A DNA stretch of 63,557 nt, the filler included, from Octopus bimaculoides (taxonomy: Eukaryota): the NCBI RefSeq assembly GCF_001194135.2. It is 7 parts of 7 records of this genome, joined end to end, with 100 filler letters (N's around TTAATTAATTAA, not from the genome) between each part and the next. Parts side by side here need not be neighbours in the genome. Positions count along the whole stretch, not along the records: positions 22,757 to 37,413 come from NC_068983.1; positions 37,514 to 45,781 come from NC_068982.1; 5 more parts are not named here. One strand, written 5' to 3'. The first letter of the stretch is position 1. Each line of letters begins with the position of its first letter. The translations under genes and the position numbers were made by a program. The notes beneath the pieces are model-generated. The model saw only the letters and a list, made by a program, of their open reading frames with translations. It did not search any database and was not told where the DNA came from. Below, in pieces: positions 26,752 to 39,300 of this stretch.

Positions 26752-27415
26752 NNNNNNNNNNNNNNNNNNNNNNNNNNNNNNNNNNNNNNNNNNNNNNNNN
26801 NNNNNNNNNNNNNNNNNNNNNNNNNNNNNNNNNNNNNNNNNNNNNNNNNNNNNNNNNNNNNNNNNNNNNNNNNNNNNNNNNNNNNNNNNNNNNNNNNNNN
26901 NNNNNNNNNNNNNNNNNNNNNNNNNNNNNNNNNNNNNNNNNNNNNNNNNNNNNNNNNNNNNNNNNNNNNNNNNNNNNNNNNNNNNNNNNNNNNNNNNNNN
27001 NNNNNNNNNNNNNNNNNNNNNNNNNNNNNNNNNNNNNNNNNNNNNNNNNNNNNNNNNNNNNNNNNNNNNNNNNNNNNNNNNNNNNNNNNNNNNNNNNNNN
27101 NNNNNNNNNNNNNNNNNNNNNNNNNNNNNNNNNNNNNNNNNNNNNNNNNNNNNNNNNNNNNNNNNNNNNNNNNNNNNNNNNNNNNNNNNNNNNNNNNNNN
27201 NNNNNNNNNNNNNNNNNNNNNNNNNNNNNNNNNNNNNNNNNNNNNNNNNNNNNNNNNNNNNNNNNNNNNNNNNNNNNNNNNNNNNNNNNNNNNNNNNNNN
27301 NNNNNNNNNNNNNNNNNNNNNNNNNNNNNNNNNNNNNNNNNNNNNNNNNNNNNNNNNNNNNNNNNNNNNNNNNNNNNNNNNNNNNNNNNNNNNNNNNNNN
27401 NNNNNNNNNNNNNNN

Positions 27416-27447
<32 letters not shown>

Positions 27448-27452
<5 letters not shown>

Positions 27453-28282
27453 GCGATGGATAAATTGTCACGATTTTATACTTTTAATTTCGCGCATTGT
27501 TTGTTATTTGTTTTGTCGAGTACACAGTTTAGTAGGATCAGTTGGGCATCGTTTGTGAGAAAAACAGCACCATGACGCAATTCACTCTGTCAGAAATTTG
27601 AAAACGATATGCTGTACTGCTTGGCATTCGTGCCAGAAGCTCCTCTACGAGTATTTCAGAGTGTTTGTGTGTCAGTCTGAGGATATGTACTTATAGTGAT
27701 AAAAATCATTCATCCAGTCATAGTTTCGAGTGATCACTAGTGATGACGACGTGATGGCCCCATTCATCTTTCTGCACGGCTTAATACTCAACACGGAGGC
27801 CTACATCAAGTGTCTGGAGAAGGTAGTGCTGCCCTGGGTCAGGAGGGTTGCTGCTGGAAGACTGTATGCCTGGCAACAGGACTCTGATCTATGCCACACA
27901 AGCAGGAGAACCTGTCATGGCTGTCAGACAATTTCTACGACCATATCACCCCTAACATCTAGCTATCTAACTTCCCAGACTGCAACCTCCTTGGTTATTA
28001 TGTGTAGAGCGCATTTGAGGGAGAGACCAACAAAACTCCTTGTATCAAGATGAACTGAAGGCAAAGATTATGGCAGTATCTATCAACTTAAACAAGGAGA
28101 CTGTCCAGAAGAGTTGCAGGGGATTCCGAAATCGTCTGGAGGCCGTGTTTTATTGAATAAATTTGCTCTTTAGTATTTCAAGATATTATCATGTAATTTT
28201 GGTAAATATATCTGTTAGAATGAGATGTCAGTATGATTTTCATTTTCACGTAATTTAGACGACAGTTTATTCACTGCACCCT
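27448..28282 (+). mobile_element. Internally deleted DD37D (maT-type) Tc1/mariner element
   Basis: Short TIRs: agggtgcgatggataaattgtc vs reverse complement agggtgcagtgaataaactgtc. The transposase remnant reads WQQDSDLCHTSRRT / SWLSDNFYDHITPNI*LSNFPDCNLLGY, giving 37-residue spacing after one frameshift is corrected. Confidence 0.75.
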
Positions 28283-28285
28283 CTA

Positions 28286-28352
<67 letters not shown>

Positions 28353-28679
28353 GTACGTGTGTCTTTGTGTCTGTGTTTCCCCCCACCCCTCCGCGCGTTC
28401 CCGTAACTTGGCGGTTCGGCAAAAGGGAGGGATAGAATACGTACTAGGCTTACAAAGAATAAGTTCTGAGGTTGATTTCTTCGACTAAAAAAAACATTGA
28501 GGGGGTGCTCCAGCATGACCGCAGTCAAATGACTGAAACAAAAGAATAAAGAATATACACATACGCACATACACGAACACACACAGAGATTTATATACAC
28601 GCACACATATACACACACACATACATATATATATGTATGTGTATATATATATGTACATATATATATATACATACATACA

Positions 28680-28683
<4 letters not shown>

Positions 28684-28762
<79 letters not shown>

Positions 28763-28835
28763 CTAAATAACATAGCCTAAAAGAATCTCTGATGAAGAGG
28801 AAGATATGTGCGTATGGGTGTGTATCTGCATTATG

Positions 28836-28917
<82 letters not shown>
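28684..28917. repeat. (TA)n (28684-28761) and (GATA)n (28836-28917) microsatellites
   Basis: Direct reading. These are representative of dozens of (TA)n, (CA)n, (TATG)n and (AAT)n tracts across the window. Confidence 0.95.
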
Positions 28918-29382
28918 CACTATACATACATAAATACATGTATACACATATATATGAATATATACACATACATATTCACCTGCATGTATGAAATGTTACA
29001 GCTACAAATACCAGATCTTGTAGATAAATGCAGGAAAAGTTCTAAATTAGAAAAGAAAAAAAGCCTTTCATTGAACTCCAAATTCCTTGATAACTGAGAG
29101 ACGGCCATGTTGTTTTGATTTTCCTGTCACTCGTCGGAGGGACCCTTTCAACAATATGGCTGTTGAATCACTTAGGTAACAAGTATGTAACTGAGCCTGA
29201 ACAACGCATTTCTATTGTAAAGCACGTTTACGATCTAACAGATGACCCGAGAAAGAAACCTCTGCATGGATGCTTGACCTGTTAGAAATAGTAGCCAAAT
29301 CTCCCTCAGCTCTTTCTCTGCCACCGTCAAAAAAAAAGGAAAAGAAATGAGGAAAAGCATATTAGATAATTTGTCTGAAATA

Positions 29383-30062
29383 CATTACCGAAAATAATGG
29401 TTTCAAATTTTGGCAGAAGGCCAGTAATTTCGGGAGATGGTGTAAATCGATTACATCGACCCCAGCATTCAACTGGTATTTATTCTATAGATTCTGAAAG
29501 GATGAAGAACACAGTCCACTTCGGCGTGATTTGAACTCGGGATGTAAAGACTGAAAAATGCCGCTAAGCATTTTGCCTTGCATTACCTGAAATAATGATT
29601 TCAAATTTTGGCACAAGGCCAACAATTTAGTGAGAAGGATAAGTCGATTACATCGACCCCGGTGTCCAACTGGTACTTATTTTATCAATCGTGAAAGGAT
29701 AAAGGAGAAAGTCGACCTCGGTGGGATTTGAACTCAGAATGTGAAGACCAACAAAATGACGCCAAGAATTTTGTCCGGCGTGCTAACGATTCTAGCCTCT
29801 CGCTGCCTTATATGACCTGAAATAATCATTTCTACTCTAGACACAAGGCCTTGAAAATTTTTGGGGAAAGGGACTAGTCGATTACATCGACCCCAGCACT
29901 AAACTGGTACTTATTTCATCGACTCCGAAAGGATGAAAGGCAAAGTCGGCCTCGGCGGAATTTGTACTCAGAACGTAGCTGCAGAGGAAATACCACTAAG
30001 CATTTTGCCCGACGTGCTAACGATTCTGCCAGCTCGCCGCCGTACATTATCTGAAATAATGA
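29383..30062 (-). mobile_element. Three head-to-tail SINE copies (6608 family) separated by a recurring ~18-bp junction
   Basis: cattac(c/t)tgaaataatg-like junctions start at 29383, 29581, 29811 and 30045. Units are ~200-235 bp and mutually diverged. Confidence 0.8.
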
Positions 30063-30224
30063 CGGAGCGGTCACAGCCTTTGATTTTAAGTCTGCTTCTT
30101 CATAGCTCACTTGTGGACAAAAAACAACAGATAATACAGTTCTGTATTTAAGAGATGAGGAATTATGTACATTATTTACATTATTTACATTTGACGGATA
30201 TTTGTCCTCATCTTGTTTGTTGCT

Positions 30225-30270
30225 AACACAGCGTTTCGGCTGATATACCCTCCAGCCTTCATCAGGTGTC
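30225..30270 (-). ncRNA. Mirror hammerhead motif with mutated cleavage triplet (GCU), probably inactive
   Basis: The minus strand reads GACAC CUGAUGA A GGCUG..CAGCC GAAAC GCU GUGUU. The conserved U16.1 is replaced by C. Confidence 0.55.
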
Positions 30271-30316
30271 TTGGAGAAACCTTAGGAATGAGAACCCAGG
30301 TTCGAAATTTCTCCAA

Positions 30317-30362
30317 GACACCTGATGAAGGCTGGTGGGTATATCAGCCGAAACGTTGTGTT
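30317..30362 (+). ncRNA. Minimal type I hammerhead ribozyme motif with palindromic ACGU stem III (dimer type)
   Basis: GACAC - CUGAUGA - extra A - GGCUG/CAGCC stem II (10-nt loop) - GAAAC-GUU (30355-30357) - GUGUU (pairs GACAC, with one G-U). Confidence 0.7.
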
Positions 30363-30409
30363 AACAACAAACAAGATGAGGACAAATATTCGTCATATGT
30401 AAATAATGT

Positions 30410-30802
30410 TGTTGTTGTAGTTGGCACTCCGTCGCTTACGACGTCGAGGGTTCCAGTTGATCTGATCAACGGAACAGCCTGCTCGTGAAATTAACGTGCA
30501 AGTGGCTGAGCACTCCACAGACACGTGTACCCTTAACGTAGTTCTCGGGGATATTCAGCGTAACACAGAGTGTGACAAGGCTGACCCTTTGAATTACAGG
30601 TGCAGCAGAAACAGGAAGTAAGAGTGAGAGAAAGTTGTGGTGAAAGAGTACAGCAGGGTTCGCCACCATCCCCTGCGGGAGCCTCGTTTAGTTTTAGGTG
30701 TTTTCGTTCAATAAACACTCACAACGCCCGGTCTGGGAATCGAAACCGCAATCTTATGACCGCGAGTTCGCTGCCCTACCCACTGGGCCATTGCACCTCC
30801 AC
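30410..30802 (-). mobile_element. Full-length tRNA-derived SINE with (CAA)n tail and 12-bp TSD
   Basis: The minus strand has A box TGGCCCAGTGG and B box GGTTTCGATTCC. TSD tgtaaataatgt lies at 30398-30409 and 30803-30814. Confidence 0.85.
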
Positions 30803-31407
30803 TGTAAATAATGTAAATAATGGACAACAGATAATGGTTGATGTTCTTGTTGCTGTCGTTGATAAGATTGAATTTACAAGTCAGTGAAAGATTTGAATGC
30901 TACTTTCAAAGCTTCCTTTGAAACACTTCTCTACTGAAGTAACCCTAACAAAAGTATTTAATACTAAGACACACACTCATTTACGATTTGCATTTCCACA
31001 AAGAAGATTATAATGAACGGATGATTGCAAGAGTGCAGATTTTCTCAGTTAAGAAGACCAATTTTACTACTAGTCACTCTTGAATAGCAAAAATAAAGCT
31101 AGTGACTTTTTTAAAAGAAGTACATTCCCTAAATTAATGACGATATAATCAGGTTTACTGAAACCGCTTAGCTTTCCACGAAAAGGGACATATGTGAGAA
31201 AAGAGATTGGTCTATTGAGGGTAAGTCATCTCTTATGTTTTAGATTGTTCATTATGGAAATAAAAGTGGATGCCGAAAAACAAAAGAGACATTCTAGCCA
31301 TAAATGTACTGCCCTATCTTCGGGGGTTTGTGCATCTAGAGCTATATTATCCAATGTCTATGTATGGTGTATTCACAAATAGTTTAGCATGCTGATAGAG
31401 AGAGATA

Positions 31408-31456
<49 letters not shown>

Positions 31457-31529
31457 TGTGTGTATGCATATGATTTGATATTTGTGTGTGCGCGCACGCG
31501 AATGTGTGTGTGAATGTTAAATTGAAAAG

Positions 31530-31770
31530 TCAATGGTTACGGTATAGCACTCACTATCGTGAGATCGTTGTTTCAGTTCCTGGACCGGGTGGTGCGTCGT
31601 GTTCTTGAGCAAAACACATCATCACGTTGCTTTGCGATCAGTCGACACCTGACATGTGCACCTGTTCAGACAACGTCGATTTGATGGCGGGAGTGAGCTA
31701 ACGTACAGCACATCTATTTGATTACTATGAACAAATCATTTGTACCGGTTAATCAGCAAAAACTTGCAGA
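31530..31770 (+). mobile_element. tRNA-headed SINE (related copies at ~10915-11100 - and ~46790-46985 -)
   Basis: Shared blocks cactcac(g/t)atcgtgagatcg and gtgttcttgagcaaa. The block acctgttcagacaacg matches the 10915 copy. Confidence 0.65.
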
Positions 31771-33122
31771 AACGTCTTTCTCGCATTACAAGAGACAAAC
31801 ATCATACAAATTGAGTTTATTTTTTTTTAAGCTAGTTGCAAAATAACAACCGAAAATTTACTGATATAGTGACCCAATTCTGAGAATAGCTATAAGTTCA
31901 TTATAAAATTTGTGTTAACAAGGACTTCAAGGTTCGCCTCGCGGCTTATTCAGCCACACAGTTCAGTAAGTCGCAAGGCGAAACTTGAAATCCCTGTCAA
32001 CACGCGTTTATTTATGTGTGTCTATCGTAATGTAAGAATTGTAAGGTACATACAAATATATATTTTATCTTTTACTTGTTTCGGTTATTAGTCTGCAGAC
32101 ATGCTGATGCATCGCCTTCAAGAATTTTAGTCGAATGAATTGGCCCCAGTACTTATCTTATCAAACCTGGTACTTCTTCTTTCGGTTTCTTTTGACGAAC
32201 CGCTAAACGCACCATCACCGGTTGTCAAGTGGTAGTGGAGGAGAAACACAGATACAAAGACACGCACGCGAATTCGCACCAACGAGCGCACACACATACT
32301 TGTGTATGTGTATGTGTGGTTTGTGTGTGAGTGTTTGCGTGTGTGTGTGTGCGTGCGTGTGTGTGTGTGCTTTCCCAACTGATTTCTTCTTGAGAGGAAG
32401 AGAGAGGGTGAGACAAAAGGAAAAAAAGAGAAGAATATTAAGTTGCTTCTATATATAAGTTCACATAAAAAAAGACATTAAAAGAAAACTTACTGTTTCT
32501 TGCAATAAATACATCCAAAGCCAAATTTTTCTCATAGACACTTAAAAATAATACTTTGGATCCCCAATTTACTATTTTGCGTGGACACCNNNNNNNNNNN
32601 NNNNNNNNNNNNNNNNNNNNNNNNNNNNNNNNNNNNNNNNNNNNNNNNNNNNNNNNNNNNNNNNNNNNNNNNNNNNNNNNNNNNNNNNNNNNNNNNNNNN
32701 NNNNNNNNNNNNNNNNNNNNNNNNNNNNNNNNNNNNNNNNNNNNNNNNNNNNNNNNNNNNNNNNNNNNNNNNNNNNNNNNNNNNNNNNNNNNNNNNNNNN
32801 NNNNNNNNNNNNNNNNNNNNNNNNNNNNNNNNNNNNNNNNNNNNNNNNNNNNNNNNNNNNNNNNNNNNNNNNNNNNNNNNNNNNNNNNNNNNNNNNNNNN
32901 NNNNNNNNNNNNNNNNNNNNNNNNNNNNNNNNNNNNNNNNNNNNNNNNNNNNNNNNNNNNNNNNNNNNNNNNNNNNNNNNNNNNNNNNNNNNNNNNNNNN
33001 NNNNNNNNNNNNNNNNNNNNNNNNNNNNNNNNNNNNNNNNNNNNNNNNNNNNNNNNNNNNNNNNNNNNNNNNNNNNNNNNNNNNNNNNNNNNNNNNNNNN
33101 NNNNNNNNNNNNNNNNNNNNNC

Positions 33123-33388
33123 TTTTTTCGTTGTTCGTAAAAAAAAGTTCGTTTTCTATGTTTTCGTTTTTGTTTTCTATTCTCATTGTGTTCAACGTTT
33201 TTTGATGTCCTGTACCCATATATGCATGTATATATACATATATATGTAGGTATGTTCATATATGTATGGATATATGCATATATTTATATATTATTTATAT
33301 TATTATATGATCGAACGCCATGCATCTCTTTCCAAGTAAGTTTTATCTTAATAATTACGATGCGCACACTTCTACTATCTCTTCTGTG

Positions 33389-33432
<44 letters not shown>

Positions 33433-34025
33433 TTCATCATTTCTGTTTTTCTCTTCCACCCTTTCCCTATTCTTCTCTCCCTTTCACCGTTTACCCTCTC
33501 TCTCTCACTCTTCCTCCTTGACTCTCTCATCGCTGACACGTGACAAAAGGGGTTCTCTCTTTCTGTCCACTTCCTTCCTAAAGAAAAGATATGCCTTTTC
33601 TTGTCTTCTCTCATGGCTCGTCTACCTAGCGTTCATNNNNNNNNNNNNNNNNNNNNNNNNNNNNNNNNNNNNNNNNNNNNNNNNNNNNNNNNNNNNNNNN
33701 NNNNNNNNNNNNNNNNNNNNNNNNNNNNNNNNNNNNNNNNNNNNNNNNNNNNNNNNNNNNNNNNNNNNNNNNNNNNNNNNNNNNGTATACTCATTATGTT
33801 GCATGTCTCGTTTCTCTGTTTGTTTTTTTCGTTGTTCGAATAAAAGTTCATTTTCTATGTTTTCGTTTCTCATTGTGTTCAACGTTTTTTTTTTATATCC
33901 TGTACCCATATATGCATGTATATATACATATATACGTAGGTATGTACATATATGTATGGATATATGCATATATTTATATATTATTTATATTATTATATGA
34001 TCGAACGCCATGCATCCCTTTCCAA

Positions 34026-34028
<3 letters not shown>
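33123..34028 (+). repeat. ~210-bp diverged direct duplication (33123-33338 and 33824-34028)
   Basis: Both copies share ttttttcgttgttcg...ctgtacccatatatgc...gatcgaacgccatgcatc..ttccaagta, with indels and substitutions. N gaps lie nearby. Confidence 0.8.
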
Positions 34029-34059
<31 letters not shown>

Positions 34060-34311
34060 GCATTACTATACATGAATGCCTCACGCTAATAGGGACTCTA
34101 AAGGTCAAGCTACCATAATAAACACATTTTTACCGAACGCTAGGAAATGCAACTCTCAAAGCTAGCCCCTTAAAAACAGACTAAATTATAGATCTTGATT
34201 TCGTAGTTATTGCAGTATTATGCAACTTCTACTCGTCAGTATAATATGGTCAAGACATAAAAATAAACAGAAAATCAACATACCAAACTAACATCTCGTG
34301 TATCCAGCATA

Positions 34312-34351
<40 letters not shown>

Positions 34352-34930
34352 TCAGTGGTTCATATATCTGAAAAAGAAGCCCACTCTAAAACATATACAT
34401 ATATGTTTATGCTTATATATATCGTCTTTTTTTAATACACACACGCACACACACANNNNNNNNNNNNNNNNNNNNNNNNNNNNNNNNNNNNNNNNNNNNN
34501 NNNNNNNNNNNNNNNNNNNNNNNNNNNNNNNNNNNNNNNNNNNNNNNNNNNNNNNNNNNNNNNNNNNNNNNNNNNNNNNNNNNNNNNNNNNNNNNNNNNN
34601 NNNNNNNNNNNNNNNNNNNNNNNNNNNNNNNNNNNNNNNNNNNNNNNNNNNNNNNNNNNNNNNNNNNNNNNNNNNNNNNNNNNNNNNNNNNNNNNNNNNA
34701 GAGAAAGAGAAGTTGATGGGAAACCTACTGGAAATACATTTCAGTGTTCTCCTATATAGCTGTACGTTTATCTTCTGTATCAGGGAGTCTCTTGAAATCT
34801 TCCCTAAACTATCTTGTATTTTTTTAACCTTCCTACAAAATTAGAGTTTATCTTGAGAGGACATGTTTCGAAATCCAGACAAATATGAGAATCAGAGTAT
34901 GTGTACGACTATGTGCGTGCATGTGTGTGC

Positions 34931-34972
<42 letters not shown>

Positions 34973-35621
34973 TTGCGTAAATTCAATCCTTTCAACAAAG
35001 TTACTTAAACTGAAATAGTTACATTTATCTTTGTGTAAGTTAAAAAGGCAAAAATAAAACAGTTGGCCATTGCAATCTTTACTTATTATTTTTTTATGTA
35101 TTTATTCGTTTTGGTAAAAAGCGGAAGAGAAATTGTGGAGAGAATGAGCTATAGTTGAAACGAAGAAGATAATGAAAGAAATGTAAGAAGAATGATGGGG
35201 AAAGAATGACGAAAAAAATGACACTAGTGAAAGAAAGGGAGATAATGAAAGGAAAAAAATTAAAAAAGAGAAATATATTGATAAATAAATAAAAATTAAG
35301 AATATATTTCTATATACATGTGTGGATTTGTGTGCGTATATATATGCATGTGTGTATGTACATATATATATATATATGTATGTATGTATGTATGTATATA
35401 TATGTTTGTGTGTATGTATATGCATGCATACATACATATATACATATATATGTATGTATGCATACATACATACGTCTAAATATGTTCCTCTAGTACACGC
35501 GTGTTTGTAATAGAATATTTACATGCATACACATATACACCACACATGCATAACACACATACACGTACAAACCCAAGCACACAAACTCACCCACAAGCAT
35601 ACACACAGACTTCACATTCCA

Positions 35622-35664
<43 letters not shown>

Positions 35665-36271
35665 TATTCATGCACAAGCGCACGCACAATCGTTCATACA
35701 CATACGCCGACAGAAAAATGGAAAAGTGGAAGAGTCGTAAATGCAATGGCTTTGAAAGTGTTTGTATGTGAATTGCTTCCTTTAAGAAGTCCTCGGCGAT
35801 CGGGTAACACAACACCCAATTAGGAACTTATATATTTGTAGATATCATGGCTCTTTCTCTCCAATGCTAACCACCACCTCTTTACGAAAAAGGTACGCTA
35901 GAACAACTAAATCCATTATTTGAATCAATCTATGTTCTGTATTGTATGCAACTAGTCTGTGCTGATAGTCATGAACGTAACACTTTCCGAAAACAGTAAT
36001 AGAGGACTTAGACTAACAAACTTGTAAATAATCCCAGCTGGTCTTGTTTGCCGCCGACCGTTCGTGACCCTTAATTATGATATGTATGTACGTACGTACG
36101 CATGTATGTGCGTGTGTGCGTGCGTGTGCGTGTGTGTGTATGTATGCATGTGTGATGTGTATGTCTACATATATTTGTGTTTATATATATATATATACAC
36201 ACACACATATATACATATATATACACACATATATATATATACAAGTGTGTATACATACTATACACACACAA

Positions 36272-36308
<37 letters not shown>

Positions 36309-39300
36309 AATCTATATATATATATANNNNNNNNNNNNNNNNNNNNNNNNNNNNNNNNNNNNNNNNNNNNNNNNNNNNNNNNNNNNNNNNNNNNNNNNNN
36401 NNNNNNNNNNNNNNNNNNNNNNNNNNNNNNNNNNNNNNNNNNNNNNNNNNNNNNNNNNNNNNNNNNNNNNNNNNNNNNNNNNNNNNNNNNNNNNNNNNNN
36501 NNNNNNNNNNNNNNNNNNNNNNNNNNNNNNNNNNNNNNNNNNNNNNNNNNNNNNNNNNNNNNNNNNNNNNNNNNNNNNNNNNNNNNNNNNNNNNNNNNNN
36601 NNNNNNNNNNNNNNNNNNNNNNNNNNNNNNNNNNNNNNNNNNNNNNNNNNNNNNNNNNNNNNNNNNNNNNNNNNNNNNNNNNNNNNNNNNNNNNNNNNNN
36701 NNNNNNNNNNNNNNNNNNNNNACACATACACACACAGAGGGAGAGAAAGAAAATGAGAACACTGGAAATGAGGTTGGTGACGTATTTAAATTTAGTTACG
36801 TCAACTTTGGTAGCTGTCGTTCCATGTTGTAGATAACGAAAGAATTTTCTGTGATCCACCGTCATCTCTGATTGCAATCGCTGTGACTTCGGCTTGCCTA
36901 CCAATAATAATAGGCACTGCCATTTCTCAATCGGTGGATCAGTCATTTGCCCCTGATACTATTGTGTGACGGAAATTTTTTTTTTTTCTGAAACAGAAAA
37001 CCTGCAGAGAGTGCCTAAATGCCTGCTAGCCTGTATTAGATTGCTGGTAGCAGATCACGTTGCTTGTTCTGTCCCTGGTGACCGTTCGCATAAACATGCG
37101 ACCTACATGTGTACTGTAAGTGAAACTATGAAAGGAGAATCACCAGACGGGTGAGAGTGAGAAGGTGGTTGGACGGATGGATGGGTGGCTGGATGGGTGT
37201 TGTGGAGAAGTAGAAAACAATATATGTCTTTCCTATTGTCGTGGCTGTTATTGCTGCTGTTAATAATGTACTGTAGTTGTTATTATTGTTATTGTTTAGA
37301 AAACATACTTTCAAGGCATAAAACAGCTGGTTCTGGTGGACTCGATGAAAGTGAGATTAGTAAATGCACACACATATATATATATACATATATATATGTG
37401 TGTGTGTGTGTGTNNNNNNNNNNNNNNNNNNNNNNNNNNNNNNNNNNNNNNNNNNNNTTAATTAATTAANNNNNNNNNNNNNNNNNNNNNNNNNNNNNNN
37501 NNNNNNNNNNNNNATATATATATATATATATATAAACGCTTGTGTATGTTAATTTATATTTTAAAAATCTGTGAAGTGAATAGAATTATTTAGAATTATA
37601 TTATGCTGTTCAGAGTTCCACGTAATGCAAATATAATTCCCCGGCATACATAAACCCTGAAGCGACTCCCTCCCAATTTTCTATGGGGATTCATCTCCAT
37701 ATAGAAAACGACATTAAACTGAAGGATTACTCAATACTTTTTAGTAGAGTAGATATTTCTTAAAATTTTACAAGCGGAGTGATCGTGACCATGATGTTTC
37801 GGTCATCTAGCCTTCATCATATATGCTTACTACCTTCAATGCTGCAATACGTTCATTTAAATACATTCTCGCACGTAATCGTAAATTCTTTCACCTGCAT
37901 ACTTAATCGCACACTGAACATATATGTAAAGATAGCCTTTCCTAGCATTTGCATTGACCACCGTTTTACATGCCATAAGGACATAAATATTAGCAACAGA
38001 CCTGCAATTAGAGCTGACATTACAAATACCTAAAACACACATCTGTTTTAATAGGTAGTCAATTTTGTAATAATATACATCGATAACACATTCTAAACAA
38101 TCAAGTAATAAATATATGCCTTGTGTAAATTATTTTCCGCAACCCTAAAGCTATCACATCATAAATCTATATCTGGTTCCCTAACATTAATTATTCTAAT
38201 ATAGACACCCATTATTTTATTAGCTTTCACGCCATAACAGTCATTATGTCATATTCTCATGACTATCAAATTATCCACCATTTGCATATGTATAATAGTT
38301 TACTTTTCAGACCTTTTTACATGATCTATTTTACCGCAAACCCGCTGATTATCTTTTATGTATTACCCGCTCTTTTTTCATCACTGATCTTTAACATTTC
38401 TACCTTTTCTTAGATTAAATTACTTCATTTAATTTATGGTAAAAGCCTCGATTTTCTTAATAAATTAATAGTTATTCTAAAAATTAACCTCTTGTTCAGT
38501 CTATCACTCACCTTTACCACTTACCATTCACAAAAATTGGCGTATAAATTAGATTGTCACGAAAAATATAACAGGCGTAATAAATTATATAAATCTCGTA
38601 AGTTACAAACTCTAATCTATTGTACTGGAATATATAACCTCACTCACCAAACCATATTGCATTTTAGTACTACTTCTATCGAAATTTTAACTCAAGTTTA
38701 GAATAAATCTCAATTTGAATTTATCTGTTGCTCGCTTATTTTACTTCACCATTACTCCGAAGGAATTATAAACACTTCTCATCACCTCTACCTGGACAAT
38801 TTCCCGATACTTTCGTTCTACTTGTTTTTCATTTTACACACCATTCTCAAATTCCATCTCGACGTTTAACTTCTCTGTATAGTTCGAACGTGTAAAATTC
38901 ATTCAAATATTTCAAATGTGTAAACAAAAAACACTATAAATACTTATACACTTAATAATTTCTGTCTTAAACATGAACATTCTCACATATAAGCCTTCCA
39001 CAACACTCAATATTTCCTTATAAACGCTGCATAATAGACATCAATATATTTCTTTCTTTTCTTTTCCCTCGATGTTCTCTTTCTACCTTCTCACAAAAAA
39101 CCAATTTCTGATTTCACACGAGTTATTTCCTTTACTTAATTAGTATGGTTTGAAAACCTAATATTATGGTTCACTTTTTAACAAAGATTAGCTGTTCAAA
39201 AATGTTTTCTTTTATCACAAATAGTAGACATAACTCCGTGGCTTCTCTACACTCTCTCGCATTTACTTTACAACTACGCTTTTTTATACTCATTATATAC

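Larger units (their letters stand above)
30178..30409. repeat. 232-bp palindrome carrying paired hammerhead motifs
   Basis: Arms 30178-30279 and 30308-30409 show a few mismatches and enclose a 28-nt spacer. The right end is interrupted by the SINE at 30410-30802. Confidence 0.9.

Noticed and set aside
23514-28800. Other CTGATGA hits (~23514, ~23772, ~28789)
   Set aside because: None has a stem II followed by GAAA and a closing stem I, so they are not hammerheads.
29383-30062. CRISPR-like periodicity (recurring ~18-bp motif with long spacers)
   Set aside because: The spacers are homologous SINE copies of ~200 bp, the repeats are diverged, the context is eukaryotic, and there are no cas genes.
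36805-36927. Minus-strand frame MAVPIIIGRQAEVTAIAIRDDGG, vaguely cadherin-like
   Set aside because: It has only ~40 codons bounded by stops and lacks the cadherin calcium-binding motifs.
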